A stretch of DNA of 64,000 nucleotides from Squalus acanthias (lineage: Eukaryota), in assembly GCA_030390025.1 (NCBI GenBank), contig CM059432.1, positions 61,878,001 through 61,942,000 of the forward strand, written 5' to 3'. Every line of letters begins with the position of its first letter. Position 1 is the stretch's first letter. The notes under the pieces were generated by a model. It was given only the letters and a program-made list of their open reading frames with translations, made no database searches and was not told the DNA's origin. This document shows, one piece after another, positions 24,035 through 36,762 of this stretch. Made by a program: the position numbers and the translations under genes.

Positions 24035-24743
24035 TACAATCTATGTTAATGACTTGGATGAAGGGACCGAGTGCAATGTATCCAAGTTTGCTGACGATAC
24101 AAAGCTAGGTGGGAAAGTAAGCTGTGAGGAGGACACGCAGAGCCTGCAAGGGGATATAGACAGGTTAAGTGAGTGGGCAATAAGGTAGCAGATGGAGTGT
24201 AATGTAAGGAAATGTGAGGTTATTCACTTTGGTAGGAAGAATAGAAAAAGAGAATATTTTTTTAAATGGTGAGAAACTGTTAAATGTTGGTGTCAGAGAA
24301 TTAGGTGTCCTCATACAGGAAATGCAAAGTTAGCATGCTGGTACAGCAACCAATTAGGAAGGCTAATGGCATGTTGGCCTTTATTGCATGGGAGTTGGTG
24401 TACAAGAGTAAGGAAGTCTTACTACAATTGTACAGGGCTTTGGTGAGACCACACCTGGAGTACTATACACAGTTTTGGTCTCCTTATCTGAGAAAGGACT
24501 TATGCCTTGGAGGCGGTGCAACGAAGGTTCACTGGATTGATCCCTGGGATGAGATGGTTGTCCAATGAAGAGAGATTGAGTAGATTTGGCCTATACTCTC
24601 TGGCGTTTAGAAGAATGAGAGGTGATCTCATTGAAACATACAGGATTCTGTAGGGAATTGACAGAGTAGATTGCAGAGGTTGTTTTCCCTGGCTGGAGAG
24701 TCTAGAACTAGGAGGCATAGTCTCGGAATAAGGCCATTTAAGA

Positions 24744-25178
24744 AAGAAAGACTTGCATTTATATAGCGCCTTTCACGATCACTGGACGTCTCTAAGTGCT
24801 TTACAGCCAATGAAGTACTTTTGAAGTGGAGTCACTGTTGTAATGTGGGAAACATGGCAGCCAATTTGCACACAGCAAGGTCCCACAAACAGCAATGTGA
24901 AAATGATCAGATAATCTGTGTTTGTTATGGTGGTGGAAGGCAGGACACCGGGGATAACTCCCCTACTCTTCTCCGAAATAATGCCATGGGATCTTTTACG
25001 TCCACCTGAGAGAGTAGACGGGGCCTCGGTTTAACTGCACCTCCAACAGTACAGCACTCCCTCAGTACTGCACTGGAGTGTCAGCCTAGCTTTATGTGCA
25101 CAAGTCCCTGGAGTGGGACTTGAACCCACAACCTTCTGACTCAGGCGAGTGTGCTACCAACTGAGCAACAGCTGATAC
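24744..25178 (-). mobile_element. Deu-domain tRNA SINE, near full length
   Basis: Reverse complement of the 787-1243 family; TSD TTTAAGA at 24737-24743 and 25179-25185. Confidence 0.9.
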
Positions 25179-25502
25179 TTTAAGACTGAGATGAGGAGGA
25201 ATTTTTTCACTGAGGGTTGTGAATCTTTGGAATTCTCTACCCCAAAGGGCTGCAGATGCTGAGTCGTTGAGTATATTCACGGGTGAGATAGATAGATTTT
25301 TGGACTCTAGGTGAATCAAGGGATATGGGGATCGGGCGGGAAAGTGTAGTTGATGTAGAAGATCAGCCATGATCCTCTTGAATGGCGGGGGAGGCTCGAA
25401 GGGCTGTATGGCCTACTCCAAATTCTTATGTTCTTGTTCTTATGTTATGTTCTGGTGATACATTTTAATACAAAGGGTCTCTGGCAATCCAGTTGAGAAT
25501 CT

Positions 25503-26309
25503 TGGAGGCTTTGATGCTACCAGGAGGATTTTAGCTATTCCCAGAAATAATTCCTACTACAGGTGAAGTGAGGATCCATGCCAATTTGTTGGTTTGGGAG
25601 CTATTCTGTTGTCAGAGACCAATAGCCGAAAAGCAAGGTAAGTGCAGAAAACTTCCCGCTGGACTTGTTCCAATCACCCAGCAATGATTCCATTCCTTAA
25701 CTTCAATAAAGGTCAACTATGCCATTCTAAAATGTAGGAAGGCCAAGTGATGTGAGTCACATCACCAATGTCAAATATCTGGGAATTTAGTTCTTGGTGA
25801 TTTTTCTTGTCAATCTGTGGACTTATCTTTGTGGTATAATGGATGCTTCCACTGGAAAATAATGACCTTTCTTTGATCTAGATTACCACCTAAACAGACT
25901 TTAATCCCAGTTACTTCCAAAATCTCTAGTTTTGATAACTTTCAGACTTGCCCTTAAAGCTTATTTTCTTCCGCCCCCCCCCCCCCATTACATTTTTCCT
26001 TCTGTCCTTTTAAATATTTTAAACTCCGATACATAAAATTCATACCCATTCTCCAGTGTTAACCAGGTTTCCATTAAGCCAATTATGTTTTTCCACACAA
26101 GGATTAGCGTCTCAGTTACTCCATTATTATGAAAAATCATTTGCCAATATTCTAATAATCCCCATCAATTACTTATTACCTCCCTGGATTATTCATAATT
26201 AATATTCATTTCTTTACCCCCAAGTGCACATTTACCTTTAATTTAAATAATTTGCATTTTATGCAATTTTAGGCAAAATATTGGCCTCCTGGTAGCATCA
26301 AAGCCTCCA
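25503..26309. repeat. Perfect 25-bp inverted repeat pair (25503-25527 / 26285-26309)
   Basis: TGGAGGCTTTGATGCTACCAGGAGG and its exact reverse complement. Confidence 0.9.
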
Positions 26310-26517
26310 TTAGAAGCAAACGATTTTCCAGTAGAAAATACTTGTTTTTCAGTCTCACCTTGGACACACTAATGTAAATACTTCTTGAGCAGCTATCTTA
26401 AGTGATCTGCTGTGGGTATGTTAAAAATTATGACTCTAGTTTTCTAGCATAATATTTTGGATTGCAAACTGGGATCTCTAACCAGGTTGCTCCTTAAACA
26501 CTGGGGCACCACCATGT

Positions 26518-27259
26518 TTAGAAATAATATATGTCAAGTTTAATATAATTGGATGAGAAACTTTCAGTTAAGACTTAACTAAAACAGAAGTGAAATTTTA
26601 AATGTTTTTGTAGGTGACAAGCATTCTAATAATTGTCTTTGAAGGGATTCCAAATGCACTCTGAATTTCTGTTTATATGCAAAAAATCTATAATAATCGA
26701 ATAGTGACATCATGAATAAATACAAGACCAGTGAGCAGTATCTATACACAAAGTATGCACTTCATTATGCACAGAAACCTTTTTCCACTATATCCACTTC
26801 AGTAAAAATATCAGTTTTGGAGTGGGGCAGATACCTATGCAAACATCTTCACAGATCGTGCTCTGTGCTCCATTGAAACACTAGTTCGGCCCCAGCTGGA
26901 GTATTGTGTCCCATTCTGGGCACCACACTTTAGGAAGGACATGGAGGCTTTGGAAAGGGTACAGAAGAGGTTTACTAGAATGCTTCCAGGGATGAGGGAT
27001 TATAGTTACGTGGATATACTGCAGAAGCTGGGGTTGTTCTCCTTAAGGCAGAGAAGGCTAAGAGGAGATTTGATCGAGGTATTTAAAATCATGAATGGTT
27101 TAGATAGAGTAAATAAAGAGAAACCGTTTCCAGTGGCTGAAGGGTCGATAACCAGAGGGCACAGATTGGCAACATTTAAAATTTCACTTCTGTTTTAGTT
27201 AAGTCTTAATTGAAAGTTTCTCATCCAATTATATTAAACTTGGCATATATTATTTCTAA
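26518..27259. repeat. 89-bp inverted duplication (26518-26606 / 27171-27259)
   Basis: Arms are reverse complements with 2 mismatches; the second arm lies inside a CR1 fragment. Confidence 0.95.
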
Positions 27260-27475
27260 GATAAGGCGATTGGCAAAAGAACCAGAGGCGACACGAGGGT
27301 GGTGGATACAGATTCAATGGTAGCCTTCAAAAGGGAATTGGATAAATACTTGATGGAGAAAAAATTGCAGAGCTATGGGGAAAGAGCAGGGGAGATAAAC
27401 TAATTGAATTGCTCTTCAAAAGAGCTGGCACCGACTCGATGGGCTGAATGGCCACCTTCTGTGCTGTACTAATGA
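26875..27475 (+). mobile_element. CR1 3' fragment
   Basis: ORF 26941 (ALERVQKRFTRMLPGM) plus the 3' UTR. Confidence 0.85.
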
Positions 27476-28164
27476 GATTTGTCTTTTGGGAAGGGTGTTA
27501 TGAACTATGATACTGTATATTACAGCATCTTTCCAAATACTGATGGTTAACATGATGTTATCCTACACAGTAATGCTTTTTTTCTGCCCTTTGTTATATG
27601 ACTGACTTATCTGTGCATAAACATACCTGGTGCCTTACCGGCTTTCTCAACATGCATAAACAATTTTCTGTTTCACAGTGGCTGTCTATCAATATAAACA
27701 GAGCACTCTAGAATGCATATAACGGGAGGTTTCATTTAGCTCCTCCTAATTTACCAAACTGCCATCTGTAGAATGAAACCCTCCTACCCCAAAACAAAGT
27801 TAATTGGTGCCTGCTCTGTAAACTAATAATTTCTCTGAGCCCTACAGTAAGAGTTTGTATTTAAAGTGTAGCATATGCACGCACTTTGTCATGTAACACT
27901 TAATTGCTTCCTCCTGTAAAGTTAATTGTGTCAAGATGAAAGTTTCCTGTTAAGTTTACTTGTGTCTTTGTGTCCTCTATAGATGGTCCCAAGGCAGATG
28001 ACACTGTTCTTGCTTACCTATGAGACCTACAAACTATGGACAGAACTTTCATCTTCGGCAGGAGTGTAAAACAAGCAGTAGTGGATTGGCTGTCCGTTAT
28101 ACAACCCGCCCATTTTCCTTTCTAATGACTTCAATGGAAAGAGTAGTGAGAGAGTAAGTATTAA

Positions 28165-29722
28165 GGGGCTTAGCAGCTTTGAAAGTGGACAAATCCCCTG
28201 GCCCGGATGAAATGTATCCCAGGCTATTAAGAGAAGCAAAATAGGAAATAGCAGAGGCTCTGACCATCATTTTCCAATCCTCTCTGGCTACAGGTGTGGT
28301 GCTGGAGGACTGCTAATGTTGTACCTTTGTTTAAAAAGGGAGAAAGTGATAGACCGAGTAATTACAGGCCAGTCAGCCTAACCTCAGTGGTGGGAAAATT
28401 ATTGGAAAAAGTTCTGAGGGACAGGATAAATCTTCATTTAGAAAGACACGGATTAATCAAGAATAGTCAGCATGGATTTGTTAAGGGAAGGTCGTGTCTG
28501 ACTAACTTGATTGAATTTTTTGAGGAGGTAACAAGGAGGGTCGATGAGGGTAGTGCGCTTGATGTAGTGTATATGGATTTTAGCAAGGCTTTTGATAAGG
28601 TCCCACATGGCAGACTGGTCATGAAAGTGAAAGCCCATGGGATCCAGGGCAAAGTGGCAAGTTGGATCCAAAATTGGCTCAGACGGGAAGCAAAGGGTAA
28701 TGGTTGTTGGGTGCTTTGTGACTGGAAGGCTGTTTCCAGTGGGATTCCGCAGGGCTCAGTACTATGTCACTTTCTTTTTGTGGTATATATCAATGATTTA
28801 GACTTGAATGTAGGGGGTGTGATTAAGAAGTTTGCAGATGATAAAATCGGCTGTGTGGTTGATGATGAAGAAGAAAGCTGTAGACTGCAGGAAGATATCA
28901 ATGAACTGGTCAGGTGGGCAGAACCGTGGCAAATGGAATTCAATCCGGAGAAGTGTGAGGTAATGCATTTGGGGAGGGCTAACGAGGCAAGGGAATACAC
29001 ACTAAATGGTAGGACACTGAGGTGTAGAAGAACAAACGAAACTTGGCGTGCAGGTCCACAGATCCTTGAAGGTAGCAGGCCAAGTAGATAAGGTGGTTAA
29101 GAAGGCATACGGAATACTTGCCTTTATTAGCCGAGGCATAGAATACAAGAGCAGGGGGGGGGTTATGCTTGAACTGTATCAAACACTAGTTAGGCCACAG
29201 CTAGAGTACTGCGTGCAGTTCTGGTCACCACATTACAGGAAAGATGTGATTGCACTAGAGAGGGTACAGAGGAGATTTTGCCTGGACTGGAAAATTTTAG
29301 CTATGAGGAAAGATTTGATAGGCTGGGTTTGTTTTCTTTGGAACAGAGGAGGCTGAGGGAGACCTTATTGAGGTGTATAAAATTATGAGGGGCCTAGATA
29401 GAGTGGATAGGAAGGACCTATTTCCCTTAGCAGAGGGGTCAACAACCAGGGGGCATAGATTTAAAGTAATTGGTAGGAGGTTTTGAGGGGAAATTTCTTC
29501 ACCCAGAAGGTGGTGGGGGTCTGAAACTCACTGCCTGAAAGGGTGGTAGAGGCAGAAACCCTCACCAAATTTAAAAAGTGCTTGGATGTGCACTTGAAGT
29601 GCCATAACGTACAGGGCTACGGACCAAGAGGTGGAAAGTAGGATTAGGCTGAATAGCTCTTTGTCGGCCGGTGCAGACACGACAGGCCGAAATGGCCTCC
29701 TTCTGTGCTGTAAATTTCTATG
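28165..29722 (+). mobile_element. 5'-truncated CR1 (RT)
   Basis: 265-aa ORF with YMDFSKAFDKVPH and KFADD; 3' UTR present. Confidence 0.9.
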
Positions 29723-30339
29723 AAAGGAAAATCGGGCGGGGTGTCTAATGGGCAGCTGATTCGCTACCACTTGTTTCGCGTCCCCAAAGAAATTGAAAAT
29801 TCTGCTCGTCTCCAATATAGGTGGTGCTGCTCTCCACAGCTCTGAAATCCAGCCTCCTGTTGCTTCTCATGACTGCTGTTCTTTGTCCTCCTCCCCATCC
29901 TTCCTCATACATAATCATATAATTTGAACTTGAAAAGTTCACCAACATCTCTACAGTATTCTAATAATAGCACAATTTGACGACTTCAATTACTAGATCA
30001 GTGGCCTTGATAGTATATTTCACATTACATAGCATAAAACAGCAAATCCTCTGACTCGATGTCCGCAATGCCACGTCACAGGAGATATATATATATATAT
30101 GAAAAAGGAAATACCACTCTGTAGTCATGTCCAAAAAATAAATTCTTCTGATAAATGTTTCCTTACTACAGAGAGACTGCATGTCAGCATTCCAAAGATG
30201 GGCTGTTTTTAAGTGCCATCCCTGTTCCTGGCCTGTAAATCTTGCTAATTTTTCTCGTTATTTGCAATGTAATCATTTATAATAGAAAACAACTAGACAG
30301 CTGATGTATTGTTGAATCATTTTTCACTTCCAGTACCTT

Positions 30340-30665
30340 TCACAAGTAGCCATTGTACATGTGTGAATCTATGCAGGTCTGTTGGCAGGCTATTCGACTG
30401 CATGCTAGTGTAGCTAGGCACAGCCTCTTCCCTTTTCCAACCCCCCTACCCCGAGTCCCCAATCCACTCACTCATTTCCAGTAGTGCTGTTAAGTAATCA
30501 GGAGCAGGAAGCATGCTCTGTTTTGTTTTACTTTTTCCTATTTCTAACCCAGCGTGCGGAGACCAATTTTAGCATACTTACAACAGCTAACTCCGCACAG
30601 ACTGGGGACCTTGCTCACCTCTGGCTAAGCAACTTGCTGTCCTAATCATCTGAGCTATTGAGAGA
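30340..30665 (-). mobile_element. Ancient SINE-like repeat, unclassified; related copies at ~39800-39955 (+) and ~45530-45790 plus 47461-47530 (-)
   Basis: Shared motifs among the copies (caattggcct, gagttagctga, ctgctcctgat, atccag) recognised by eye. Confidence 0.45.
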
Positions 30666-31899
30666 GCTGAAAATGAATTTCTGTATTGGAATTTATAATT
30701 TCAGCCTGCATAAATCAAAAGTGAAAGTAAACTTAGACACTTGTCAGTCATCCCTCCAAGTCCAGGCACTATTATATCCTCATTCCTTTTCTCCTTTGGG
30801 TTGATGACAACCTGATCTATCTGTTAACTTACTGTATATCAATATAATTAAAATCTCCATGGGCTGAGTAAACAAATCAAAAGGGACAATTTAATTATGA
30901 TGCCAAGCCCAATTATTTGAATTCTTATTGTAGAATTCTTTTGAGCACAAAGCGGCCATAACCCCTGTGAAACTGGAATACGTAACTTAATACTGTTTCA
31001 CGTATACTCGTAAATAGATTTAATGGATGAACTTGACAGCAATTCAGTAACAAAGTAGATTTTTCTAGTGGCCATGGGTTCTCGTTGTTTGTGGCTAGCG
31101 TAGGGAAGTTTTAGGTAGCATTGGGTCCTCTAGAAGTTTTAGAATAGCTTGGGTGTCTTGTTCATTTTCCTACCTGCTATTTTTAACTGCAGAAGGATCC
31201 ATTTCCAGTATGTCTGCCAGTCGTACTGTGAGAAAAGTCTTCATATGCGTTTCAAAAAAGCAGGTCAGTGTGGTATAGTGGAGAGCAGAGTTTGCAAGGA
31301 AAACACTGGATATTGTACACTAATTAGTCAGATTTACAGCAGCAAGCATCAGATGCACAAAAATTGTTTGCTGCAATTCAAATCCAACAGTAGTTCTTAA
31401 CTTTCTACACCAGCTGTGTGCATGACTGCATCACATACTCTCTTAAGTCAAGCACATCTGCTTTCATTTCACCACAAAGATAAAAAAGTAAAGAGAAATT
31501 TTTTATATACTTTCGGCATGCAATAAATTCAGGGAGATGCAGGGTCTGTCCTTGCTTTTTACAGAAATAGAAGAGGCGCAGAAATTTCATGTATATAAGG
31601 AAATAAAATTGAGCAGAATGAGCTATAGCATTCTACTCTTGGATCTTCTGCAAATTTTATATATTTATATAAAGACTGCAATGTTCATTGTTCCTGTATC
31701 ATGCTCGGTATTTTACTTTGCAATTGGAATATTTTGAAGCTGCTTGTTGCTTAGGATAACTGGGATTTACATGGCTGCAATGGTTGGATTCTGATACCTT
31801 AAACCACAAGAGTGAAACTGAGCAGTGCACAGTCATTTGAATCGTGGGATTGTGTTACTGCTTAAAGTATACAATCTTAGCTTTAAAAAAAAAACTTGC

Positions 31900-32180
31900 A
31901 TCGCACAGTGGGTTAGAACATTGGCCTTTCACCTCCAGGACCTGGACCAAATCTAGCAGACTGATTGAATAAAAGCATTCTTTTTCTCTGCAGACTTTTA
32001 AGGAAATAAGTTTGGGCAATATTAACTCAGTTCTTAGTTACAATTGTGTCTGCAGCATTAAACCGTGCAAAAATTGGCTTTATCTCAAGAGAGCCAAAAA
32101 GCTGTTGGGCAAGAAAAAGGATATTTTGTACTAGTATAGTACGTTTGGAAAGAGTAAGCATCACCTTTGACTGCTATATA
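31900..32180 (+). mobile_element. LF-SINE-like ancient tRNA SINE
   Basis: tRNA-like head with gcctttcacctc, then gaaataagttt, cagttcttagt, aattggc and gagagccaa in the order I recall for LF-SINE. Confidence 0.45.
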
Positions 32181-32235
32181 GACTGTGTTCCTACTGTCCA
32201 AAGATTGCTTGATACACCCACTTGGTACAAAATTT

Positions 32236-32621
32236 GGCCAGAACTGATGTCCTCGCATCTTGATGAGTGCAAGTCACCAAAAATAAGCATAACGTTGACC
32301 CGATCTGGCGAGAAGTTTGGCTTTTTTGATGTGCAATTGAGATCAGTGTAGTGGGAATTCCATAGCGCGAGCTGCACAAGCTGTCTGAGCAGCCAATCAC
32401 AATGCAGAATTCTCTCAGACTGGGAACCAGGAAGTGAAGAAGCTCCTTTTAGTCTGACTTTTTAAAAATGTCAGCGCAGCCAGTGTTGGAGCAATGAATG
32501 ACTGACCGCAACTTCAGGATTTCCGCGTTAGGATGCACGTGCGCTAAATCCTGAAGTTGCGGTCAGTTTCTGAGGGTTAAGAACAGCAAACGCTGTTATT
32601 ACCTACCGCAAATTCTGTGCC
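32236..32621 (+). mobile_element. Unclassified non-autonomous element with a subterminal hairpin (copy 1)
   Basis: Shares the ggccag start, ccaatca..gaattc..caggaagt block, hairpin and ctaccgcaaattctg end with 36763-37514. Confidence 0.65.
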
Positions 32622-32829
32622 ATAAGATTTATTTTCCCCTTCCCATCTCTGGAGCCCTGTTTGGAACTTGTCAGTTACTGAGAGAGGTTAAGAGAAATAT
32701 GATTTCTTCCAGTCCTTTCACCATTATGTTCTGTTATAACACCACTAGATGGTATATGAAAGAAGGCTGAAGAGACTCAGTTTATTTTGCTTCCAGTTTC
32801 TCCAACCACATAACCCTCACCACCACCCC

Positions 32830-32860
<31 letters not shown>

Positions 32861-33529
32861 ACCACAGGCTCTGTTTGGAACCTCCACTGAGATCCAGCCA
32901 ATGTCAATTACTTGCTATGTGGCGAACGAAAATTGGAAAAATCAGAAATTAACCACTCTAGCATAGTGACCACCTTGATTATTCTCAAAGTTGTTTGACA
33001 ACAGGTTTAGTCTATCAAAATCCATATACTACTAAGTTGAATTCTCTTTTGTTGTTGCTACCAAGTTTTACTGACTGATTGGAAATAGCAATTTTATTTG
33101 GATTGTTTCCCGAGTTTGTGTATACTTATCTATTCCTAATAATATTACGACAGTGATAACACTGGAATATAACATTTGTCTATTGCCTCTAATATCAAGT
33201 TTTAAATAACTATTCAAATTTATCTTGTAAATGTTTTTTAAATGCTGTGCAATAAGAAATGTGGTAGTGGACCATGCAAGTGATTAAATTTGCGTTTCTA
33301 AATTAAATTACAATGGTCATGCGATCAATCTTGTAAATGAGGTTTAATTAAAAAGCTATTTTTCTCTCAGATGGTTGTGTGCCTCTGCTGGAACTTTCAC
33401 GAGTGACATGGCTATGGTCTGGAATTCCAAGTTGGGAATTCCTCCTTTTACTACGTTAAAGATGCTATATAAATGCAAGTTGTTGTAGTTGGTCAGTGAG
33501 AGCCCTTCAGTTGCACTTGTAAATCTCTG

Positions 33530-34600
33530 CAGGAATATCATTCGGTCCTGGAACTTAATTGTCCTGATGGCCCCATTAGCCTTGGCAATCTTGCGGATCT
33601 CATTCATGGTATGTGTGGCTGCTATGTGACTATGATGAAAGCTTAATCTGTAATAATGGTAGTTAATTGAAGTGCTTGTAGCATCTGTGATTTCATCCTT
33701 GCTAGTAAAGGGGGTGGTACCATTCACACTCATGGCAGGTGCTGTATTGGTATGTCTTGCGCCTCTTTTATCATCGCACCAAATAAGTGCTTTGTGTGAT
33801 GCTGGTCTGCATAGATTTTGGTTTCATCAGTCTTTATTCTCCACCAATGATCGTTAATTTGCTGCAACCTACCTTGGGCCAGAGTACTAATATTTTAATT
33901 GTGATTTTTTTATTTTTTATTTTACGGGGGAGTTTCTCTTCAACTCTTCAAGCAATGTTCTTATTGAGTAGTCATTCTCATCACACCATTCCTGTGGCTG
34001 GCAATTCACAAAGCCAGTTATGTCAGTAGCAGCTCTCTATACACAATGTCTTTCACTTGCTCTTGGCAATATCCATAAGTACTATACTTGAGGCAAGCTC
34101 TGTGGTGATGGTACTGCAGAGCTTCTGTTTAATGTTTGGACTTTCATTTGCTTTACATCTAAGCATCTGATGGGCTTCCAGGTAGCATTTGGATTGCCAG
34201 TAGTAGGTTAGAGTGTATTAAACTTTCGTGCTCAGCTTTGATAATTATCATGTCCTGCAAGTTATGTTGTGCAGTTCTAACATTGAGGATGTTTGTTTGG
34301 CTGCCGGAAGGTGATATGCATTGCTTGATGCATTTTGTCATAGGGAGATCATTGGTGCTGTCCTTCCTGACCCCATTTGGCTCAATGAAACCATGCCAGG
34401 GGACAGCATCTCTGCCAACATATGCATGAATGTCTCCCATCATGATCCCCTTGTCTGATCCTGTTGCAGTAATCATCACTTTAGGTTACTGTAAAACTGC
34501 TCCTTCAGCTCATAATTTTTATTGTTGGTGCATCGTATTGTTGGTACTGATGATAGTGGTGGTAGCACATCTGTTTCATTGTTAGTCTCTTAGTCATCAG
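33530..34600 (-). mobile_element. Old degenerate RTE-like LINE fragment
   Basis: DKGIMMGDIHAYVGRDAVPWHGFIEPNGVRK aligns to DKLILLGDFNVRVGKDTDLWGGVIGREGVGK of the RTE at 52 kb. Confidence 0.6.
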
Positions 34601-34692
34601 GTGTTGATGCCTTTTGGCACACTATCAAACTTCAGTGATTGCAAATCCCACACCAGCAGTATGTGATGTATTTTTTGCCTGACCACACCAGA

Positions 34693-35235
34693 ACAACAGC
34701 AACTTGCATTTATATAGCACTTTAACACAGGAAAATGTACCAAAGTACATCACAGGAGCATTATCACAAAATTTGACACTGAGCCACATGAGGAGATATT
34801 AGGACAGATGTTCATAGAGGTAGGTTTTAAGGAGCATCTTAAAGGAGAACAGAGAGGCGGAGAGGTTTAGGGAGCCCATTCCAAAGTTTGGGGCCTAGAC
34901 AACTGAGGGCACAGCCGCCAATGGTGGAGCGATGAAAATTGATGTGCAAGAGGCCAGAAGTGGAGGAATGCAAAGTTCTCGGTGGGCTGTCAGCTGGAGG
35001 AGAAAGGGAGGGGCAAGGCCATGGAGGGATTTGAGAACAAGGATGAGAATTTTAAAATTGAGGTATTGCCAGACCAGGAGCCAATATAGGTCAGTGAGCA
35101 CAGGGGTGATGGGTAAATGGGACATGGTGCGAGTTAGGAAAAGGGCAGCAAAGTTTTGGATGAGCTAAAGTATTCGGAGTGTGCAAGGTGAGAGGCCCTC
35201 CACGAGAACATTGGCATAGTCAAGTCTAGTGGTAA
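34693..35235 (-). mobile_element. L2 LINE 3' end
   Basis: PITPVLTDLYWL..FKILILV motif and an L2 tail. Confidence 0.8.
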
Positions 35236-36762
35236 CAAAGGCATGGACATTGAGCCAAAGGAGATACTAGTAAGTCTGAGATGGATTTTAAGATGATTCT
35301 TAAAGGTTGAGAAGGGTGTGGAGGTGCTGAGAGGAATTCCATAGCATGGGGTCCAATAAGCTGGAGGTATGGCTGCCAATGGTAGGTTAATGCAAGGTGG
35401 CGGGTGCAGAGCACTAAAATCAATTTAATAGTGAGCCAGTACTTTGGTTTATTGCCTCTTTTATGACCATAGTGTGAAGGCTGGCATACCTGATCTGGTT
35501 GGCTGGCCTGGCTGTTAAGAGGCTGGCAATGTTTACGGTATGATTTCTAGCTTCCTCCTCTTGTGGGTTGAGTAGGGTAGCTCTCTCATCCATGATACCG
35601 TCAAACAGTACTGCAGCCTCAAACATCTAACACCAAGTGACCAGAGCCCTGGACTGCCAACATGCAGGTTTGCAATTACAGCTCCCAGCATCACCACACC
35701 TGCCGTGTTGCCACTCGCCTATTGTTATGGGACCTCAACTTCTCCTCCATCAAGTTAGAAAATCTGCACTGGCATGGATTTAAGTAGAAGTTTGCACTGA
35801 GCCATTTCTACTGTCTTCTTGTTCAGTTTGTGCTCTAATGGCAAGATGGTTGGCAAACTTTGGAATTCAGTCCATGAACTTTAATGAGGAATGTACAAAC
35901 ACCACACTGCTATAACTAGTACCCATGGGTTTGCTATCTCCATAGCTCTAAATTAGAGTCCGCCCATGCAAGATGGTAAGATTGTAGTTGGGTGATCAGC
36001 CTCTCCCAAGTGTGATTGCTGTTTATCTGGCCTCTAATTTTTTGACCTTCCAAGCATGGTGGTCACGCTGGAAGCTAGGCTATCACTCTTCAGGTCGTGG
36101 AGGAGTGCAAGCACTTTCTTCATATCTTGGTTACAGTCAAGAAGGAGCATGCACTTATAGTGGATGTGTGATGTTAATGTTAGAACTCATCCACAAATTG
36201 GGAACTTGTCTCAGTTGTGGGGGAATTTGGTTCTTTTTATCTTTTTGTACGAGCAGGTAAAGAGGGGAGAGGTCCCAGATTAAACTTGACGGTGGGATAA
36301 CTAGTTTGTTCTAGGACAAGAAAAGACTAATTTTTGACTCCAATTCTATTAAAAAGCCCATGTCTAATTTGTTATGGTATTATTCAAGATGATACAGGGA
36401 GTAGCCAGGTTTGTTGACTGGTGGTAAAGGAATTGGGTGCTGCAATAATGCTGTTGTGATTTATGTTGTACATTAAGCCATTTATGTTGGACCCATATAC
36501 ATTTGCCTTGATTGTGCTCTTGCATCATATGGGTTTCAGCAATCTGAAAGCTTGTGGGTATTAAATTTATGTTGGATTGGTATGAGCACTAATTTTCAAT
36601 GTTGGTTGAATTTTTTGGGTGTGTATGATTGCTTAAGCAGCATTGAAGGACATTAATTCTGCAGTGGTTGATAATTGTGCATAGTACTGAAGTCTTGGGA
36701 CAGATTTCAAGTTGTAATTTTAGATGTGGCATTTGAACATGGTGGTTTCTGCCATATTTAAT

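Larger units (their letters stand above)
22970..25445 (+). mobile_element. 5'-truncated CR1 hosting a MITE and a SINE
   Basis: RT motifs in ORFs 23130, 23457 and 24305; ttcttatg tail. Confidence 0.9.

Noticed and set aside
27983..28130. Acceptor-like site followed by exon-like sequence
   Set aside because: Early stop codons, no good donor and no recognisable homology.
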